NCBI GenBank assembly: GCA_963845065.1
Contig: CAWJQQ010000009.1
Span: forward strand, 64,001 to 128,000
Direction: 5' to 3'
Source of the DNA: Nitrospirota bacterium
GTDB lineage: Bacteria > Nitrospirota > UBA9217
DNA length: 64,000 nucleotides
The position numbers and the translations under genes were made by a program. Below, one piece after another: positions 61,465-64,000 of this stretch. The notes beneath the pieces were generated by a model. It was not told the origin of the DNA, ran no database searches, and saw only the letters and a list, made by a program, of their open reading frames with translations. The stretch's first letter is position 1. The number at the start of each line of letters is the position of its first letter.

Positions 61465-64000
61465 TTATAATCCCAGCGTAAAATATACCGTTGCGCCTTT
61501 GCTGACTTCCCCCTCTGCCCAGACCGCACCGCCGTGGCGGCGGATAATGCGTTCGACGATGGCAAGACCGATTCCCGTACCCTCAAACTCCTTCTCCGTA
61601 TGCAGCCGCTGGAACGGGCGGAACATCTTGTCCGCGTAGGTCTGGTCGAACCCCGCGCCGTTGTCCTTGACGAAGTAAACAGTCTTCCCTTCTTTTTTGA
61701 AAGCACCCAATTCTAATCGGGCATCCGCAGTCTTCGAGGTGAACTTCCAGGCATTTTCGATCAGGTTCGTGAGCACGACTCTGATCAGGTTCGGGTCCAC
61801 GGTAGCGCGCAGGCCTTCGGCGATCATGACCTCAATGTTCCTGCCGGGATGGGCCTCGCGAAGGCCTGCAATAATCGATGCAGCCAATTTGCTGAGGTCG
61901 ACCTCAAAGCAGTCTATCTCCTGACGCGAAATCTTTGATAATCGCAGGAGGTCGTCGATGAGCTCAGTCATTTTCTCCGATGCGTTGTTTATGCGCACTA
62001 AATAGTCCTTGGGCTGGTTTTCCAGTTTATTGCCGTAATCCTCGATTAGGATTTTGGAGAAACCAGCCATGGTGCGGAGCGGGGCACGCAGATCATGAGA
62101 TACCGAGTAGATGAAGGCTTCAAGCTCTTTGTTGATCGTTTCCAGTTCATCGGTCCGGTTGCGCAACGCCTCTACGGCCCGCTTGTACCCGCTGATATCA
62201 TTGAAAACAATTGCGACATGCCGGTCTTCCGGCTTACCAACGCGATATGCATAAACATCGTACCATCGATTTAATGCTTTGGCTTCGTTTTCAAAATGCG
62301 CCGGTTCACCCGTCAACGCGATTTTCCCATATATCTCAAACCAATGCGCCTCATGAGCCGGCGCAAGCTCGCGCATTCGTTTCCCTTCCGCTTCATGCAG
62401 CCCGGTTTGCTTTTCAAACGCTGCGTTGACCTCCAGGAAGCGGTAATCAACAGGCCTGCCCCCAGCGTCAAAAATCATCTCGATGATGCAAAACCCTTCC
62501 TCCATCGCGTTAAATAAATTGTGATACCGCTCCTCACTCTCCCGCAGTGCCTCCTCTATCCGCTTGCGGGCAGTGATATCGTGTGCAATCTTTGATGCGC
62601 CAGTAATTTTGCCGTTTGTATCCTTGATAGCTGAGAATGTCAGTGACACAGGAATAATCGTTCCGTCTTTCCGCATACGCTCAGTTTCGAAATTCTCGAC
62701 ATGTCCTCCCTGCTTGATCCTTGCAAGAATTTCGGGAACCTCATCGGCAGACCCAGGCGGCACTCAGAAGAGAAATAGGCTTTCCGATTACTTCCTCCGC
62801 CTTGTATCCGAAGATATTTTCAGCCCCCACATTCCATGTCTGGATAATGCCATTCAGATCCTTGCCGATGATCGCATCTTCCGCGCTGTCAATGATTGCC
62901 GCCAGACGGCCCTGTGCCTCTTCCGCTTTCTTGCGTTCAGTAATGACATCGAATACGGCCACGAAGAATTCTTTCTCCGGACTGTACACGGAGATGGAGA
63001 ACCACATCTTCAGCGCCTCGACGAACATTTCGAATCTCTCGGGCTTGCCAGTGAGGGATACTCTGCCGTAAATCTCAAAAAGTTCCGGATCTGCGTCCCG
63101 GATGCCTGGAATGACTTCTGTAACTCTCTTCCCTACGACATCTTTCAATCCCGTCAACGTCTCAAAAGCATGATTGACCGAGAGATAGATGAAGTCCTGC
63201 GGTTTCCCATTCTCGAAGATCATCTTGCAGTAGGCAAATCCTTCGATCATATTCTCGAATAATCCGCGGTAACGTGCCTCGCTCTCGCGCACCGCTTCCT
63301 CTGCCTGCTTCCTCGTAGAGATATCGGTATTAGTGCCGAACCATCGCAGGACCAGGCCAGACGAATCCTTCAGCGGCATCACACGCGTCAGGAAAGGTCG
63401 GAATACCCCGTCGGATCCACGTAGTGGTAATTCCATGTCAAACGGCTCACCAGTGGCGATCGACGTCTTCCACCGCTCCAGGACCTTCGGCAGCACCTTC
63501 GGGTCGTGTACGCTCTGCCAGCCCCAGCCTTCCATCTGCTCCGGTGTAGTGCCAGTGTAATCATACCAGCGCCGGTTGTACCATGTGATGTAACCGTCGC
63601 CGTTTGCCCACCACGCAAGGTTGGGGATGGAATCAGCCAGAGAGCGGAACTGTCCCTCTGCTCGTTTGAGTTCGGTAACGTCATTGTAGGTGACGACGAC
63701 ACCCTCGATGCGATTGTTTGCGGTGCGGTAGGGAAGGATCGTTCGGACATACCATATACCTCTTATTTCAAGTTCCCGCCGCGACGGCGTAAGCTCTTTT
63801 AGGACGGACTGGGCGTCGGAAGTGAGGTCTGGCCCAAGATTTTCCTGGGACATGTCCACAATAGGTCTGCCAACGTCGGAGGGAAGGAGCTTGATGAGCT
63901 TAAGCATCGCGGGTGTAAAGCGCTTAACATGGAAGTGCATATCCAGAAAGATCATCGGGATGTTCGTGCTCGCCTGGAAGTTATTCAAGTCATTATTGGT
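61465..64000 (-). CDS. Multi-PAS sensor histidine kinase (likely the C-terminal part of a CheR/CheB-PAS fusion), one frameshift near 62765, 5' end beyond the window
   Basis: PAS_10-like IFLD..VKRFTP..DVGRP; several PAS/PAC domains; SHDLRAPL, NAWKF, GTGIGL; ISLL/VPPG joined by one extra base. Confidence 0.85.

Overview
Bacterial accessory region, probably from an anaerobic or microaerophilic sulfur-cycling organism (a Nitrospirota- or Desulfobacterota-like gene complement; this is inference). It is a mosaic of intact modules and many decayed gene fragments. Three modules stand out. (1) A thio(seleno)oxazole RiPP locus with two tandem SbtA precursors and the radical SAM/SPASM maturase SbtM. One precursor has Cys37 (TGC). 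The other, missed by the ORF track, has an in-frame UGA at the same codon followed by a SECIS-like hairpin. (2) A Crp/Fnr - DASS permease - aprA - aprB - single-chain QmoB/QmoA chimera - hdrC - hdrB cluster, with a non-canonical (clostridial-type) AprA and no sat gene. (3) A sigma54-preceded run of split-Soret cytochrome c, two YeeE/YedE proteins, FadL-like channel(s) and a periplasmic protein, which may handle sulfur species. The window also contains a lipoprotein-caspase operon, an XPB helicase plus partner with a 15 kb-spaced partial duplication, four toxin-antitoxin loci, an intact IS4 element with a 9 bp target duplication, two TnpB remnants, two PAS histidine kinases, L,D-transpeptidases, Pal, ClC and PCuAC. 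No rRNA, complete tRNA or CRISPR array was seen.
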